Assembly (NCBI GenBank): GCA_018303075.1
Contig: JAGVYW010000003.1
Coordinates: 1,598-65,597 of the forward strand
Direction of reading: 5' to 3'
Source of the DNA: Candidatus Woesearchaeota archaeon
GTDB lineage: Archaea > Nanobdellota > Nanobdellia > Woesearchaeales > DSVV01
Length of the DNA stretch: 64,000 bases
Part shown: piece after piece, positions 36,809-46,617 of the stretch
Numbering within the stretch: the first letter of the stretch is position 1
How the letters are laid out: each line of letters starts with the position of its first letter
Position numbers and translations under genes: made by a program
Notes under the pieces: generated by a model
The model's database searches: none
Told to the model about the DNA's origin: nothing
The model's input: only the letters and a program-made list of their open reading frames with translations

Positions 36809-38281
36809 TTAAAATTTTAAAATTCTTACTTCTCTTGTTTGCAGATTAATTATTGGTACTCTGCAAGGCTCAGGATGATGGCCCATCTTTTCCTGAAATT
36901 TTGTTGTGTCCTGCCAACAAGAACTTGAAACTAATGTAATATTTCTATAATTCGAAGCTGAAACCTTATGAAGATGACCTGTACAAAATAGATCTGGCAC
37001 CATTGTGATAACAGCTGGATCAAACTCTGTCTCTGGAATATATAATGTTGCTGAATGTGTTGGAGCAAGATGACGTTTTTGAAGCAAAAACTTCATAACC
37101 AAATCTGCCCTGTCATATCCCCCATTGTTTCTAACCTCATCAATATTTGCAATGAAATAATCAAAACTATAACCGTGATACATCAAAACATCTATTCCTG
37201 CAAATGTTTCTGTTGCAGCTATGTTTACTATTGCAGGATTGCTTACAAAAAAAGCATTTTTTAGCTGATATAATTCTTTTGCAAACTCTTTGTCGAGCTG
37301 AGGCTGAGGCTCGCATAATCTTACAGCATCGTGATTTCCAGGACAAATAATCATACTTATATGATTTGGTACTTTCTCCAGCAGTTTTGCCAATGCTATA
37401 TATTGCTGTGTTATATCAGTTATTAGTAATTCTTTTTCTTGCGCTGGATAAATACCTACGCCATCAACTAAATCACCTACTATAAAGAGATATTTTATCT
37501 TTTCTGCTATTTTTTTGTATGTTTCATTTCCTATTTCGCTATTGAGAAAACAAATAAATTTCTTAAACTGTTCTTCTAAAAAGAAACGTGAACCTGTATG
37601 AATATCTGATATAAATACAGCATATTCTTCTTCAGGAGCTTTTTTTAATTCTTTGCTTAAAGGAATGTCAGGCAAGAATAAAGAAGAGATGTAAATTACT
37701 TTATTTTTTGGAAGCCCAACAATACCTATAATCTCATCCAATACTAGATTTTTTGCAAGTTCATACATCTCTGGCTTGTTTTTATTTATTATCGCTATGA
37801 TCTCTCCAGATGGGTCTTCTAATTTAATAACAATATTATTGTTTTTTGTAATTGTCTTTTCAATGATTATACCAATAATCGCAATCTGTTCTTTTTCTGT
37901 CTTTGAAAATATTTTGTTAATAGAAATAGCTGCTGATAATTCCATACGATTTAATAGAATCTTTTTTATCTGCTGGTAACGTTTATTATAATAAGTAATA
38001 AAATCTGCTACTGTTCTTTTTTTTGATTGTTCTGTGTAACTTACAACTATTTTTACTTTTCTTTCTTGTGATTTTTGATTGATTGCTGAGTTGTTTTCTT
38101 GAAGATATAAATTAATCTCATTCAGCAGAACTTCTTCATCTTGAGGTTTTGTAGAAAAATTATTATAAAAATTATCAAAATTGAAATTTTCAGGTATTGC
38201 ATTAAGAACTTGTTCAGTAACTAAAACTTCATTTTCTAATAATGATTTTACAAGTTTTGATCTTTGTTGAGAGAGCATCAT
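36809..38281 (-). CDS. polD1: DNA polymerase D small subunit DP1 (calcineurin-like phosphoesterase exonuclease)
   Basis: CPGNHD and GHxH phosphoesterase motifs, N-terminal OB region; 10-bp from DP2. Confidence 0.85.
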   Translation of the reverse strand: MMLSQQRSKLVKSLLENEVLVTEQVLNAIPENFNFDNFYNNFSTKPQDEEVLLNEINLYLQENNSAINQKSQERKVKIVVSYTEQSKKRTVADFITYYNKRYQQIKKILLNRMELSAAISINKIFSKTEKEQIAIIGIIIEKTITKNNNIVIKLEDPSGEIIAIINKNKPEMYELAKNLVLDEIIGIVGLPKNKVIYISSLFLPDIPLSKELKKAPEEEYAVFISDIHTGSRFFLEEQFKKFICFLNSEIGNETYKKIAEKIKYLFIVGDLVDGVGIYPAQEKELLITDITQQYIALAKLLEKVPNHISMIICPGNHDAVRLCEPQPQLDKEFAKELYQLKNAFFVSNPAIVNIAATETFAGIDVLMYHGYSFDYFIANIDEVRNNGGYDRADLVMKFLLQKRHLAPTHSATLYIPETEFDPAVITMVPDLFCTGHLHKVSASNYRNITLVSSSCWQDTTKFQEKMGHHPEPCRVPIINLQTREVRILKF

Positions 38282-38284
38282 AAA

Positions 38285-39493
38285 TTATAAATCTAGTGAT
38301 TGTTCCAATACAGAACGTATCTTTGGCAATACAGTTAATGGTATAGCTAAGGTAATGTCTCTTGTCCTTCCAAATCTTCCTTTAGAAATGACTTTTGCAT
38401 TTATGATGCCAAGCATGTCTAATTCTGAGATAATATCTGATAATCTACGCTGCGTTAATGGACGAAGAGCTATCTTTTCGCAAATTTCTGCATATAATGC
38501 ATAAACATCTCCTGTAAAAATAGCTCCTATTCTCTTTGCAGCAATATATACTATTGCAAGCAATGCTGCCTGCTGCTGCTTTGGCTGAGTTTTTACTATA
38601 TCTAATACCCTATCACGTTCTATCTTTTCTTCTGCTTCATCAATATCTGTTAACTCAATCTTTTCCTTTCCAGCTCTTTCTGCTAATTCTCCAGCTACAC
38701 GTAAAAGTTCCAATGCTCTTCTTGCATCACCATGTTCACGAGCAGCATATGCAGAACATTTTTCAATAACCCCTTCCCCTATAACACTTTCTTTGAATGC
38801 TAGTTTTGATCTCTTATGAAGAATGTCTTGCAATTGTATTGCATTATAAGGGGGAAAGATAATTTCTTCTTCACTTAATGATGATTTCACTCTTGGATCA
38901 ATATGATCTGTAAAGAGAAGATCATTTGATATTCCGATAATACTTATCTGACTATTTTTTAATTCACTATTAACTCTAGTTAAATTATAAATTATGCCAT
39001 CTCCTGCTTTTTTTACTAATTGGTCAATCTCATCTAATATAATTATTACTATTTGTTTTTTTGATTCTAATATAGTGTAAAATACCTTATATATCTCTTC
39101 TGTCGGTAATCCTGTTGCTGGAATCTCTTTACCTAAATCTCTTGATAATTGTGCAATGAGCCTGTATTCAGTATCTGCTATTTTATTAAGTTTACAATTA
39201 AGATAAAGTATTGTAATTGGAATATTTCTTTGCTCTGCAACTTGAAGAATTTTGGCAGTTGTGTATCTTGCTGTTAATGTTTTTCCTGTACCTGTTTTTC
39301 CATATAAAAAAACATTAGATGGACGATCTACACGTAAAGCTGGTGCAAGGATGTTTGCTAGCTGCTTTATTTCATTATCCCTATGAACAATCGCAGAAGG
39401 TGTGTAGGAAGATTGTAAGACCTTCTTTTCTTGGAATAAAGACTCTTTGTTTAAAAAATCTTCAAATAGCCCAGTTATCCCCTTTTCAATCAT
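38285..39493 (-). CDS. cdc6: Orc1/Cdc6 replication initiator
   Basis: Walker A LYGKTGTGKTLTARY, AAA+ sensor motifs, C-terminal winged helix; 3 bp from DP1, so a cdc6-dp1-dp2 operon as in Pyrococcus. Confidence 0.9.
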   Translation of the reverse strand: MIEKGITGLFEDFLNKESLFQEKKVLQSSYTPSAIVHRDNEIKQLANILAPALRVDRPSNVFLYGKTGTGKTLTARYTTAKILQVAEQRNIPITILYLNCKLNKIADTEYRLIAQLSRDLGKEIPATGLPTEEIYKVFYTILESKKQIVIIILDEIDQLVKKAGDGIIYNLTRVNSELKNSQISIIGISNDLLFTDHIDPRVKSSLSEEEIIFPPYNAIQLQDILHKRSKLAFKESVIGEGVIEKCSAYAAREHGDARRALELLRVAGELAERAGKEKIELTDIDEAEEKIERDRVLDIVKTQPKQQQAALLAIVYIAAKRIGAIFTGDVYALYAEICEKIALRPLTQRRLSDIISELDMLGIINAKVISKGRFGRTRDITLAIPLTVLPKIRSVLEQSLDL

Positions 39494-39550
39494 GAATTTC
39501 CATAAGAAACCTAGGTAATATAAATGTTGTGGTTTTGGTTAAAGGAGTGA

Positions 39551-39571
39551 CCCCTTGAGTTCCGATGGAAC
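39551..39571 (-). repeat. ORB1 (minus orientation GTTCCATCGGAACTCAAGGGG)
   Basis: 19/21 identical to ORB2 in inverted orientation. Confidence 0.85.
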
Positions 39572-39905
39572 TTTTTGTTTTTTGTGAGTGAAAACTTGTT
39601 TTTTGTATTTTTTGTTTGTTCGCTTTGTTTACAATACAAAAAATGTTGTAATTTTTTTAATTTCTTTTTATGATGAAGTATTATGTATGAACTATAGTTT
39701 GATTTTATTTTTTTAGATGACAATTGTTTGTTTTTTTATTGTTTTTATTATATCCTATCATTTTTATTAAGTATTATATATAATATAATATATATAATTG
39801 TATATTTATTTTAGATATATAAAATTAATATTTTTTATTTTTTATAAAGTAATAAAAAAATAGATTTTTTGTTAAAATGGAATAGGTTTTTTCATAGGAA
39901 ATGAT

Positions 39906-39926
39906 TTTCCATAGGAACTCAAGGGG
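39906..39926 (+). repeat. ORB2 (TTTCCATAGGAACTCAAGGGG)
   Basis: Inverted partner of ORB1; matches euryarchaeal ORB logic (TTCCAnnGGAA + CTC..GGGG). Confidence 0.85.
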
Positions 39927-39986
39927 TAGGTAGATGGAATATAATTTAATCTTAAAAATATTTGTCTTACAACAAAGAGTGTTTTT

Positions 39987-40370
39987 TTACAAATACCGCT
40001 TTGGTCTTGGACTCTGTGATATCTGAGTCCTGTTCTTAAAAAGTTCATCAGAAAAATTAATTGCTTTTTCTAAACCTATAACTCCACAAAGGTTTGCTCC
40101 CTGAAGATTTGCTTCAGAAAAGTCTGTTTCAATTGCTTTAACAAAAGGAAGATATAGATTCTTTGCTATTATCACTCTAAGGCTAGAATTGCTTAAATCT
40201 ATTGGCTCTTCCCTATGATTACAAGATTTAAGATATTTTTGCATTTCATTATAACGTTCATAAGAAGATAAGTTAATATCATCTAATCCAATTCCAACAA
40301 AATATTTTTCTCCAGCTAAAACTTTTTGGATAAATTCTGCTACACCCATCCTAATTAATTTTTCTATCAT
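39987..40370 (-). CDS. small protein with pentapeptide-repeat-like C-terminus (ANLQGANLCGV)
   Basis: Only 2-3 pentapeptide units visible. Confidence 0.3.
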   Translation of the reverse strand: MIEKLIRMGVAEFIQKVLAGEKYFVGIGLDDINLSSYERYNEMQKYLKSCNHREEPIDLSNSSLRVIIAKNLYLPFVKAIETDFSEANLQGANLCGVIGLEKAINFSDELFKNRTQISQSPRPKRYL

Positions 40371-40505
40371 TATCAGAGAAAAGTAAAACTTATATATAAA
40401 TATTTTTGTTTTGTAGTTACTAGTAAATAATAATAAACCTTTTTATAGTAGCGTATTATAATTTTAATTATTTAGATTTATTAGTTAAGTTTATTATAAA
40501 GGAGG

Positions 40506-40775
40506 ATGTTTTATATGGCAATTACTGATCCATTAGAAGTTGTTATTCTTTCAATTATAGTTGGTACATTAGCTGCGATTGTGTATAGTTTACGAGTATT
40601 GGTTATTCTTGAACGAAGAATTGCTCGTATGGATTTAAATGTTGAGCGGATAGCACGCAAAATTGCAGCTGAAGAAATGAAGATTGAAGAAGAAGAAGCA
40701 AAAATATTAGCAGAGCAAAGAATGATTGAAGCAAAGCTTGGAATTAAACCTAAAAATGCTAAAAAGAAGAAATAA
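40506..40775 (+). CDS. membrane-anchored coiled-coil protein with Lys-rich tail
   Basis: N-terminal TM ILSIIVGTLAAIVYSL then EEMKIEEEEAKILAEQRMIEAKL. Confidence 0.4.
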   Translation: MFYMAITDPLEVVILSIIVGTLAAIVYSLRVLVILERRIARMDLNVERIARKIAAEEMKIEEEEAKILAEQRMIEAKLGIKPKNAKKKK

Positions 40776-40870
40776 CTTAAAAAATTGCGAACTGCGTTCA
40801 GCAATTTTTAGTTTTTTATTATTCTTGGATTATTCTTATTATATAAATGTATATTTGTAAAATAAATAGA

Positions 40871-41749
40871 TTATAGTTTTTCTGCAATAATATCAGCAAC
40901 ACTTATCTTGTTTGTTTTATGCACTATTGTGTTTGTTGTGATTATTTCTTTATAATATTTTTTTAATTTAGGATAACAATTGTCTGCAAATATACCATGT
41001 ACTACAATTGCTGCAAGATTGTTGTATCCTTTGTTTCTGAAAAATTTTCCAATATATAATAAAGTGACACCACTACTGATGATATCGTCAATTATTATTA
41101 TTTTCTGAGTTTTTGGAATCTGTTCAAGCTCTTTTGTGGTGTAAATCTTTACTTTTGTTCCACTATAGCGAACTTTGTTAAGTATAATTGCTTTTGCTCC
41201 AATGTTGTCTGCTATTGTTTTTGCCCATTGGTATGATTCACCATCAGGACCAATTATAAATGGAGATTTATAATTTTTTCTGATATAATTTTCAATATTT
41301 TTTATTGCTGTAAGAGTTACTGTTTTTGTGGTATATACTTGACTTAATTTTTTAATCCTATGCAAGTGCGGGTCAATTGTAATAAGTTTGTCAATATATC
41401 TTGATAGTAGTTGTGCAATTATTTTTGCAGAAATACCCTGACCTCGTTTGAATTGTCTGTCTTGGCGCATGTAACAAAGGTAAGGTGCAATCAAAGTTAT
41501 TTTTTGTGCACTATTATTTTTACATGCTTCACAAGTAAAAATAATATCAATTAATTTTTGGTTTGGTTCATTGAGTGAAGCAATGAGAATAACTTCAGCG
41601 TTTTTTACTTGTGTTGGTATTGTTATAATTGTTTCTTGATCTGGAAGTGTTGTTTTATTCACTATAAATATAGGTAATTTTTTGATTTTTGAAATTTCTT
41701 TTGCTAGAGAAAGAGAATAATCAAAACTCAATAAGATTTTTTTCATCAT
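40871..41749 (-). CDS. prs: ribose-phosphate pyrophosphokinase (PRPP synthase)
   Basis: PRPP-binding IIIDDIISSGVTLL and N-terminal Prs core. Confidence 0.8.
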   Translation of the reverse strand: MMKKILLSFDYSLSLAKEISKIKKLPIFIVNKTTLPDQETIITIPTQVKNAEVILIASLNEPNQKLIDIIFTCEACKNNSAQKITLIAPYLCYMRQDRQFKRGQGISAKIIAQLLSRYIDKLITIDPHLHRIKKLSQVYTTKTVTLTAIKNIENYIRKNYKSPFIIGPDGESYQWAKTIADNIGAKAIILNKVRYSGTKVKIYTTKELEQIPKTQKIIIIDDIISSGVTLLYIGKFFRNKGYNNLAAIVVHGIFADNCYPKLKKYYKEIITTNTIVHKTNKISVADIIAEKL

Positions 41750-41799
41750 AAAAATTTCACTTCTTTCAATTTTTACAGGTTATAGCTACGAACTTCTTA

Positions 41800-42195
41800 T
41801 TAAAACTTTCCAATCAATTCTTCAAACAATAATCCTTTTTGTTTGATATAATCTGTTGCAATGACATAATTATTGCTTTTTGTCTGCTGGATATCATCTA
41901 AACTCAAAAAATACCATTCATAATTGTTAAAACGTATACCAAACCATGCTTCTGCACCAAATAAAGCAGCATATGTTTTAATTTGATCAATGTCTTCTTG
42001 GAGTAGATAGATAGAGTTGTTTTTGCTAGCTTTGCATTCAATTGCTAGTTTTCTTATAATGTTTCCTGCAACTATGTCAGGAGAAGGATATTTGTTTGAG
42101 CCAGAACCAGCTGTTCTTATAGCTGTCCAATTATTTTTCCAAAACAAATGAATGAGTTCACGTTCTGCATTGATTCCTTTAGATTTATGGCTCAT
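41800..42195 (-). CDS. hjc: Holliday junction resolvase Hjc
   Basis: GINAERELIHLFW...AIRTAGSG...PDIVAG...LAIECKASK collinear with archaeal Hjc. Confidence 0.85.
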   Translation of the reverse strand: MSHKSKGINAERELIHLFWKNNWTAIRTAGSGSNKYPSPDIVAGNIIRKLAIECKASKNNSIYLLQEDIDQIKTYAALFGAEAWFGIRFNNYEWYFLSLDDIQQTKSNNYVIATDYIKQKGLLFEELIGKF

Positions 42196-42272
42196 TTGTT
42201 TTATAGAAAAGTTGTAGTTTAAATGAATTATGAATCTGAGATGATAAAAATAGAATAAAAAAGAAAAATTAT

Positions 42273-42488
42273 CTATTTCTTTTTCTTTGTAGTTTTTGTT
42301 GATGTTTGAACACTACAACAACCACAACCTGTAGGTTTAACTATCATTATTAATCCATTTAATGTAATTAATAAACCTATTACTAATCCCCAATGTAAGC
42401 CAATCCATGTGTTTAATATAACAATCAAACCAACAATTAACATTCCTATACCTTTACATTTTGCACATACATTTTCACAACATCTCAT
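42273..42488 (-). CDS. small 2-TM membrane protein with Cys clusters (CENVCAKC ... CGCCS)
   Basis: ORF with two hydrophobic helices. Confidence 0.35.
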   Translation of the reverse strand: MRCCENVCAKCKGIGMLIVGLIVILNTWIGLHWGLVIGLLITLNGLIMIVKPTGCGCCSVQTSTKTTKKKK

Positions 42489-42500
42489 TTGTAATCACCT

Positions 42501-42737
42501 TTAATTTGTTTTTGTAGCCAGCTTTATATCGCCAGATTTAATTGTTTTTCTACCAGCATGTTTTGCAAGGCGAACAGCGTTTATAGCAATTTCGTCTGCT
42601 TTATCTTCTATGATGTTTTTTAAAGCAATCTTTGCCTTATCTGAGACTCTTTCAGCTCCACATTTCTTTAATATCTTTTCCATGGCTGCCAATGGCAGTA
42701 AACGTTTTACACTGGTCATGATTTTGCCCCAAAACAA
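42501..42737 (-). CDS. archaeal histone (HMf-like histone fold)
   Basis: [61 protein letters not shown] matches HMfB (…AGAERVSDDA…[21 protein letters not shown]). Confidence 0.85.
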   Translation of the reverse strand: MFWGKIMTSVKRLLPLAAMEKILKKCGAERVSDKAKIALKNIIEDKADEIAINAVRLAKHAGRKTIKSGDIKLATKTN

Positions 42738-42778
42738 TTATTTGTAATTATTTATTGGTTTCTCTTATATAAAACTTT

Positions 42779-43747
42779 CTAAAAGATATTTAAACAAGAC
42801 GAATTCCACTTGTCTATTGACAGGTGGTGGAATTCGTAAGCGTCAAGAACCACCTTAGGTGTTATCGATAAGCATGCCACTGGTTTATTTGAAAAGATGT
42901 TTTTTGCATCTTCTTGGACTTCTGAAATATTCTTATAACGCTGTGAGAAATGGGTAAGGATGAGCTTTTTTACATTGCTTTGTGAAGCTAAATTAGCTGC
43001 TTGTTTTGCAGTCATATGTTTATATTGTTCTGCTTTATTCTCTAAATCTGAAGAGTAAACACATTCACTTACTAAAATATCTGCATTTTCAGCTAATTCA
43101 TAACAACCATTACATAGCTGTGTATCAAGAATAAATGAAATCTTTATCCCAGGAACTTGCTCGCAAATCTCATCAGGTGAAATTGTCCTATTATTGAACT
43201 TAATAGATTTTCCTTCTTTGATATCAGCTAATATAGGTGATTCTTTTAAACCAAATTGTTTTGCCTTCTGCATGTTGATATTCAGCTTGTCTTTTTCAAC
43301 GAAAGAGTAACCTATACAAGGAACTGTATGATCAAGTTTTGCAGCGTATAACTTATATTCCTTTGTTTCAAGGAAGCAGGTTAGTTTCTTTGGATTAATC
43401 TCAGTTACTTTGATATTTACTTTGTTGTAAAACATGCACGATTGAAGTAGATGTTTCATGTACTTTTTACTACCTTTTGGACCATATATCTCTAAAATCT
43501 TATGTTCTTCAATATTTCCAATTGTTTGTATTAAACCAATCAATCCAGAGGTATGATCACCATGCCAATGACTAATCAATATCTTTCTGACTTTATTTCT
43601 GTTGATTCCATTGATGTTCATCTGACGTTGTGTGCCTTCTCCACAATCTATGAGAAAGCCTTCTCCTTTGTAATCGAGGTAAATTCCTTGGACATTTCTC
43701 TCCTTTGTTGGAACCATTGAGCTTGTTCCTAAAAAAACTATTTCCAT
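42779..43747 (-). CDS. rnz: ribonuclease Z (tRNA 3'-processing, metallo-beta-lactamase fold)
   Basis: ISHWHGDHTSGL HxHxDH motif, 322 aa. Confidence 0.8.
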   Translation of the reverse strand: MEIVFLGTSSMVPTKERNVQGIYLDYKGEGFLIDCGEGTQRQMNINGINRNKVRKILISHWHGDHTSGLIGLIQTIGNIEEHKILEIYGPKGSKKYMKHLLQSCMFYNKVNIKVTEINPKKLTCFLETKEYKLYAAKLDHTVPCIGYSFVEKDKLNINMQKAKQFGLKESPILADIKEGKSIKFNNRTISPDEICEQVPGIKISFILDTQLCNGCYELAENADILVSECVYSSDLENKAEQYKHMTAKQAANLASQSNVKKLILTHFSQRYKNISEVQEDAKNIFSNKPVACLSITPKVVLDAYEFHHLSIDKWNSSCLNIF

Positions 43748-43878
43748 AATAAATCCTATAAAATACAGTTTATATATATAAATTTAGAGGTATTTTTAAG
43801 AATTTATAAGATAAATCTTGAGTAATAGAGGGTTAAAACAAAAAGGCTTATATAAGTCAGAGGTATAATTATGTAAAA

Positions 43879-44442
43879 ATGGCAAAGAAAGATAAGCAAG
43901 AATCAGTTAGACGAGAATCAATAGTCAAAGCTTATTTAGTAGATAATGAACGTGTAATTACTGAAGACAGCAATGCTGCCCGCGAGTTTTATAATAAAAG
44001 CAGATTTGGAATATTAGTTGAAACAAAAGTTGAGCTTGGTTTGATTGAAGCATATTATTTAGTTGATAAATCTAAGTTTGAACTTCTTACTATTTGTGAT
44101 AAAATTATTTCTAAAGAAAAGTTTTTCTCTTTTTGCAGCAGAAAAGAAAAAAACTTTTGGGTTAAATATTGCGTTTATAAAGATCTGCGTGATAGGGGAT
44201 ACATCGTAAAGACTGCGTTGAAGTTTGGAGCAGATTTTCGGGTTTATGACAGAGGAGTATTTCCAGGAGATGATCATGCAAAATGGATTGTTTATCCTGT
44301 ACATGAAAAAAAACATCTAACATGGCATGATTTTTCTGCTAAAAATAGGGTAGCACATAGCACAAAGAAAAGATTACTTTTAGGAATAGTTGATGAAGAA
44401 GGAGATGTGAGTTATTGGGAATCACGTTGGCTACGACCATAA
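43879..44442 (+). CDS. endA: tRNA-splicing endonuclease EndA (homotetramer-type)
   Basis: GADFRVY, catalytic H/K (AHSTKKRLLL) motifs, 187 aa. Confidence 0.8.
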   Translation: MAKKDKQESVRRESIVKAYLVDNERVITEDSNAAREFYNKSRFGILVETKVELGLIEAYYLVDKSKFELLTICDKIISKEKFFSFCSRKEKNFWVKYCVYKDLRDRGYIVKTALKFGADFRVYDRGVFPGDDHAKWIVYPVHEKKHLTWHDFSAKNRVAHSTKKRLLLGIVDEEGDVSYWESRWLRP

Positions 44443-44591
44443 AGAAAACTATTTAAACAAACCAAATATCACTTTTTCTATGTTAGATAAATTGTTGAAT
44501 AAAGAGGATGTGTTGAAGTATGTGCAGTTTAAGGGTCCTTTGATTCCCGTGCATCTTGTTTCTTTATTAAAATCAAATACTATCATGATAG

Positions 44592-45425
44592 GTGCTGCTT
44601 TGTCAGAGCTTGCAAGCGACGGCAAGGTTTAATGAAAAAGATAGGAGAACATTTGATGAGCTTAAACGGCAAAAGGTATTGCGAGATAGTGTTGTTACAC
44701 CATTGTTAAGGATTTCATTACGAAATATAAAAGATTTTGCTGTTCCTATTGAAATTGAGCATAATAGTGTCAAAGAATTGTTCTGGCGATGGTATCTGCT
44801 GGATAAACAAGAAGCTGTTGGTATCATTAAGTCATTGCTTTTTATTAATTCTGTCAAAAAAGAAGAGATTAGAAAAGAAACAGCTGTTGAAACTACTGGA
44901 AAATCAGCTGAAATCAAACAAACTTCTGCAATACAACAAGCTACGCAAAATCCGGCTGTAAAAGCTGAGAATCCTGAATCAAATATTGCTAAGAAAAAAG
45001 AGAAAACAGAGAAAGTTGCTGATAGACAAGAGCGACAGAAGGTTGAAGAGTTCATTAAACCAACATCAGAACAAACATCACTATTATCAGCGCAAACATT
45101 GCTTGATACATGTGAAGATCAATTAATACAAAAGTGTAAGATTTTTTTCAATCAAAAATCAATTATTGTAAAAGAATTAAATATTATAAAAAAAGAGAAA
45201 GAAGCCACAGCAATCATTCGTGTACCTTCTTCAATCGGTGATGTTGATTATTATTGCAGTATCAGAAATAAAAAGAGAATGACTGATGTGGACTTAGCAG
45301 CTGTTTATCTAGAAGCACAAAACAAGAAACTGCTTGCTGTTGTATTAACTACAGGAGAGTTTACTAAAAAAGCATATGAGAAAGTACATAATCAATTTTA
45401 TAATATGAAACTACTAACTATATAA
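44592..45425 (+). CDS. hypothetical protein (GTG start or frameshifted continuation of upstream 50-aa ORF 44480..44632)
   Basis: No in-frame ATG for ~240 codons; reading frame opens right after a TAG; upstream small ORF MLDKLLNKEDVLKYVQFKG... overlaps by 41 nt in the -1 frame. Confidence 0.4.
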   Translation: MLLCQSLQATARFNEKDRRTFDELKRQKVLRDSVVTPLLRISLRNIKDFAVPIEIEHNSVKELFWRWYLLDKQEAVGIIKSLLFINSVKKEEIRKETAVETTGKSAEIKQTSAIQQATQNPAVKAENPESNIAKKKEKTEKVADRQERQKVEEFIKPTSEQTSLLSAQTLLDTCEDQLIQKCKIFFNQKSIIVKELNIIKKEKEATAIIRVPSSIGDVDYYCSIRNKKRMTDVDLAAVYLEAQNKKLLAVVLTTGEFTKKAYEKVHNQFYNMKLLTI

Positions 45426-45546
45426 CATTTTTGACGAAGGAGAAAATATACTATCATTGCATATAATACATCTGGTGAGAGAAATGAAAAAATTGTTTTT
45501 ATGTCAGATTAGGGAAATAATAAGAAAATTTGAATGGTGATTATTT

Positions 45547-46584
45547 TTGGGGATAGCATTTAAAGATCTGCTTATTGCAAAAGAAATAAATATAGATTAT
45601 CTACAGAATAAAATTGTTGCAGTTGATACTAATAATTTACTTTATCAGTTTTTGACAACTATACGTTCTCGTGATGGTACTGTGCTTACTGATTCTCAAG
45701 GCCACACAACTTCACATCTTGTCGGTATGTTTTCAAGAACAACAAGTTTGATGCAAAAGGGAATAAAATTTATCTTTGTATTTGACGGTGAATATCCTGC
45801 TTTAAAGAAAAAAGAGCAAGAAAGGAGATATGAGATTAAGAAAGAGGCACAGCAGGCATATGAGGTTGCAAAAGAGAGAGAGGATATTGATGCAATGAAA
45901 AAGTATGCTTCAAGAACAGCATATTTAACTGCTGAGATGAAACAAGAAGCCAAAGAATTAATATCTGCATTAGGATTTCCTGTCGTCGATGCGCCAAGCG
46001 AGGGAGAAGCACAGGTTGCGGAGTTAGTAAAAGAAGGAAAGGCTTATGCAGCAGTTTCCCAGGATTATGATACTTTGCTGTATTCTACACCTTTTCTGAT
46101 ACGCAATCTGTCAATTGCAGGCAAAAGAAAAAAAGCAAATACTTTAGCTTATACAACAGTTGAGCCAGAAATGCTTAGCTTAAGTGATAATTTGAATGCT
46201 CTTGGAATTGATAAAGAACAATTGATTGCATTAGCAATGCTGATAGGAACAGATTATAATTACGGCGGAATACATGGAATTGGACCAAAAAAGGCTTTGA
46301 AGCTTGTTAAAGAGCATGGGCATAAGTTTGATGAGATGTTTAATTCTGTAAAATGGAGTGAAAGCTTTTCTGTCTCTTGGAAAGAGGTGTATGATACTTT
46401 TTTGCACTTGCCAGTGCAAAAAAATCTTAAGATTGAATATTCTGAATTGAATCAGGAAAGGTTGTATATGTTATTATGTGATAAACATGATTTTTCCAGA
46501 GAAAGAGTAGATTCAGCATTTGGAAAACTAGCTGATGTTGCTAAAGATAAAAAGCAGAAAGGGCTTGGAGAATTTTTTCACTAA
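45547..46584 (+). CDS. fen: flap endonuclease FEN1
   Basis: MGIAFKDLL...VDTNNLLYQF N-domain, I-domain and PIP-like C-terminus (QKGLGEFF). Confidence 0.9.
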   Translation: MGIAFKDLLIAKEINIDYLQNKIVAVDTNNLLYQFLTTIRSRDGTVLTDSQGHTTSHLVGMFSRTTSLMQKGIKFIFVFDGEYPALKKKEQERRYEIKKEAQQAYEVAKEREDIDAMKKYASRTAYLTAEMKQEAKELISALGFPVVDAPSEGEAQVAELVKEGKAYAAVSQDYDTLLYSTPFLIRNLSIAGKRKKANTLAYTTVEPEMLSLSDNLNALGIDKEQLIALAMLIGTDYNYGGIHGIGPKKALKLVKEHGHKFDEMFNSVKWSESFSVSWKEVYDTFLHLPVQKNLKIEYSELNQERLYMLLCDKHDFSRERVDSAFGKLADVAKDKKQKGLGEFFH

Positions 46585-46617
46585 AGATTTATATACTTAC
46601 CTACTTTTTTATTTTGT

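Larger units (their letters stand above)
39494..39986. other. oriC: chromosomal replication origin oriC (ORB-DUE-ORB)
   Basis: Non-coding; two inverted 20-21-bp ORB elements with TTCCA-N-GGAA dyad plus GGGG string, separated by ~335 bp of >85% A+T; extra mini-ORB-like TTCCATAAGAAAC at 39517 and TTCATAGGAAA at 39891; directly upstream of cdc6. Confidence 0.85.

Noticed and set aside
39664-39720. ATGATGA ... box suggesting a C/D-box sRNA in the origin
   Set aside because: No matching D/D' (CTGA) boxes or terminal stem. A+T-rich context makes chance matches likely.
39511-39723. 70-aa ORF inside the origin region
   Set aside because: Falls in the A+T-rich DUE between the ORB elements. Lys/Asn-rich nonsense translation.
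40511-40804. 97-aa antisense ORF overlapping the 40506..40775 gene
   Set aside because: Mirror ORF of a Lys/Glu coiled-coil gene. The sense frame has the TM+coiled-coil logic, the antisense does not.
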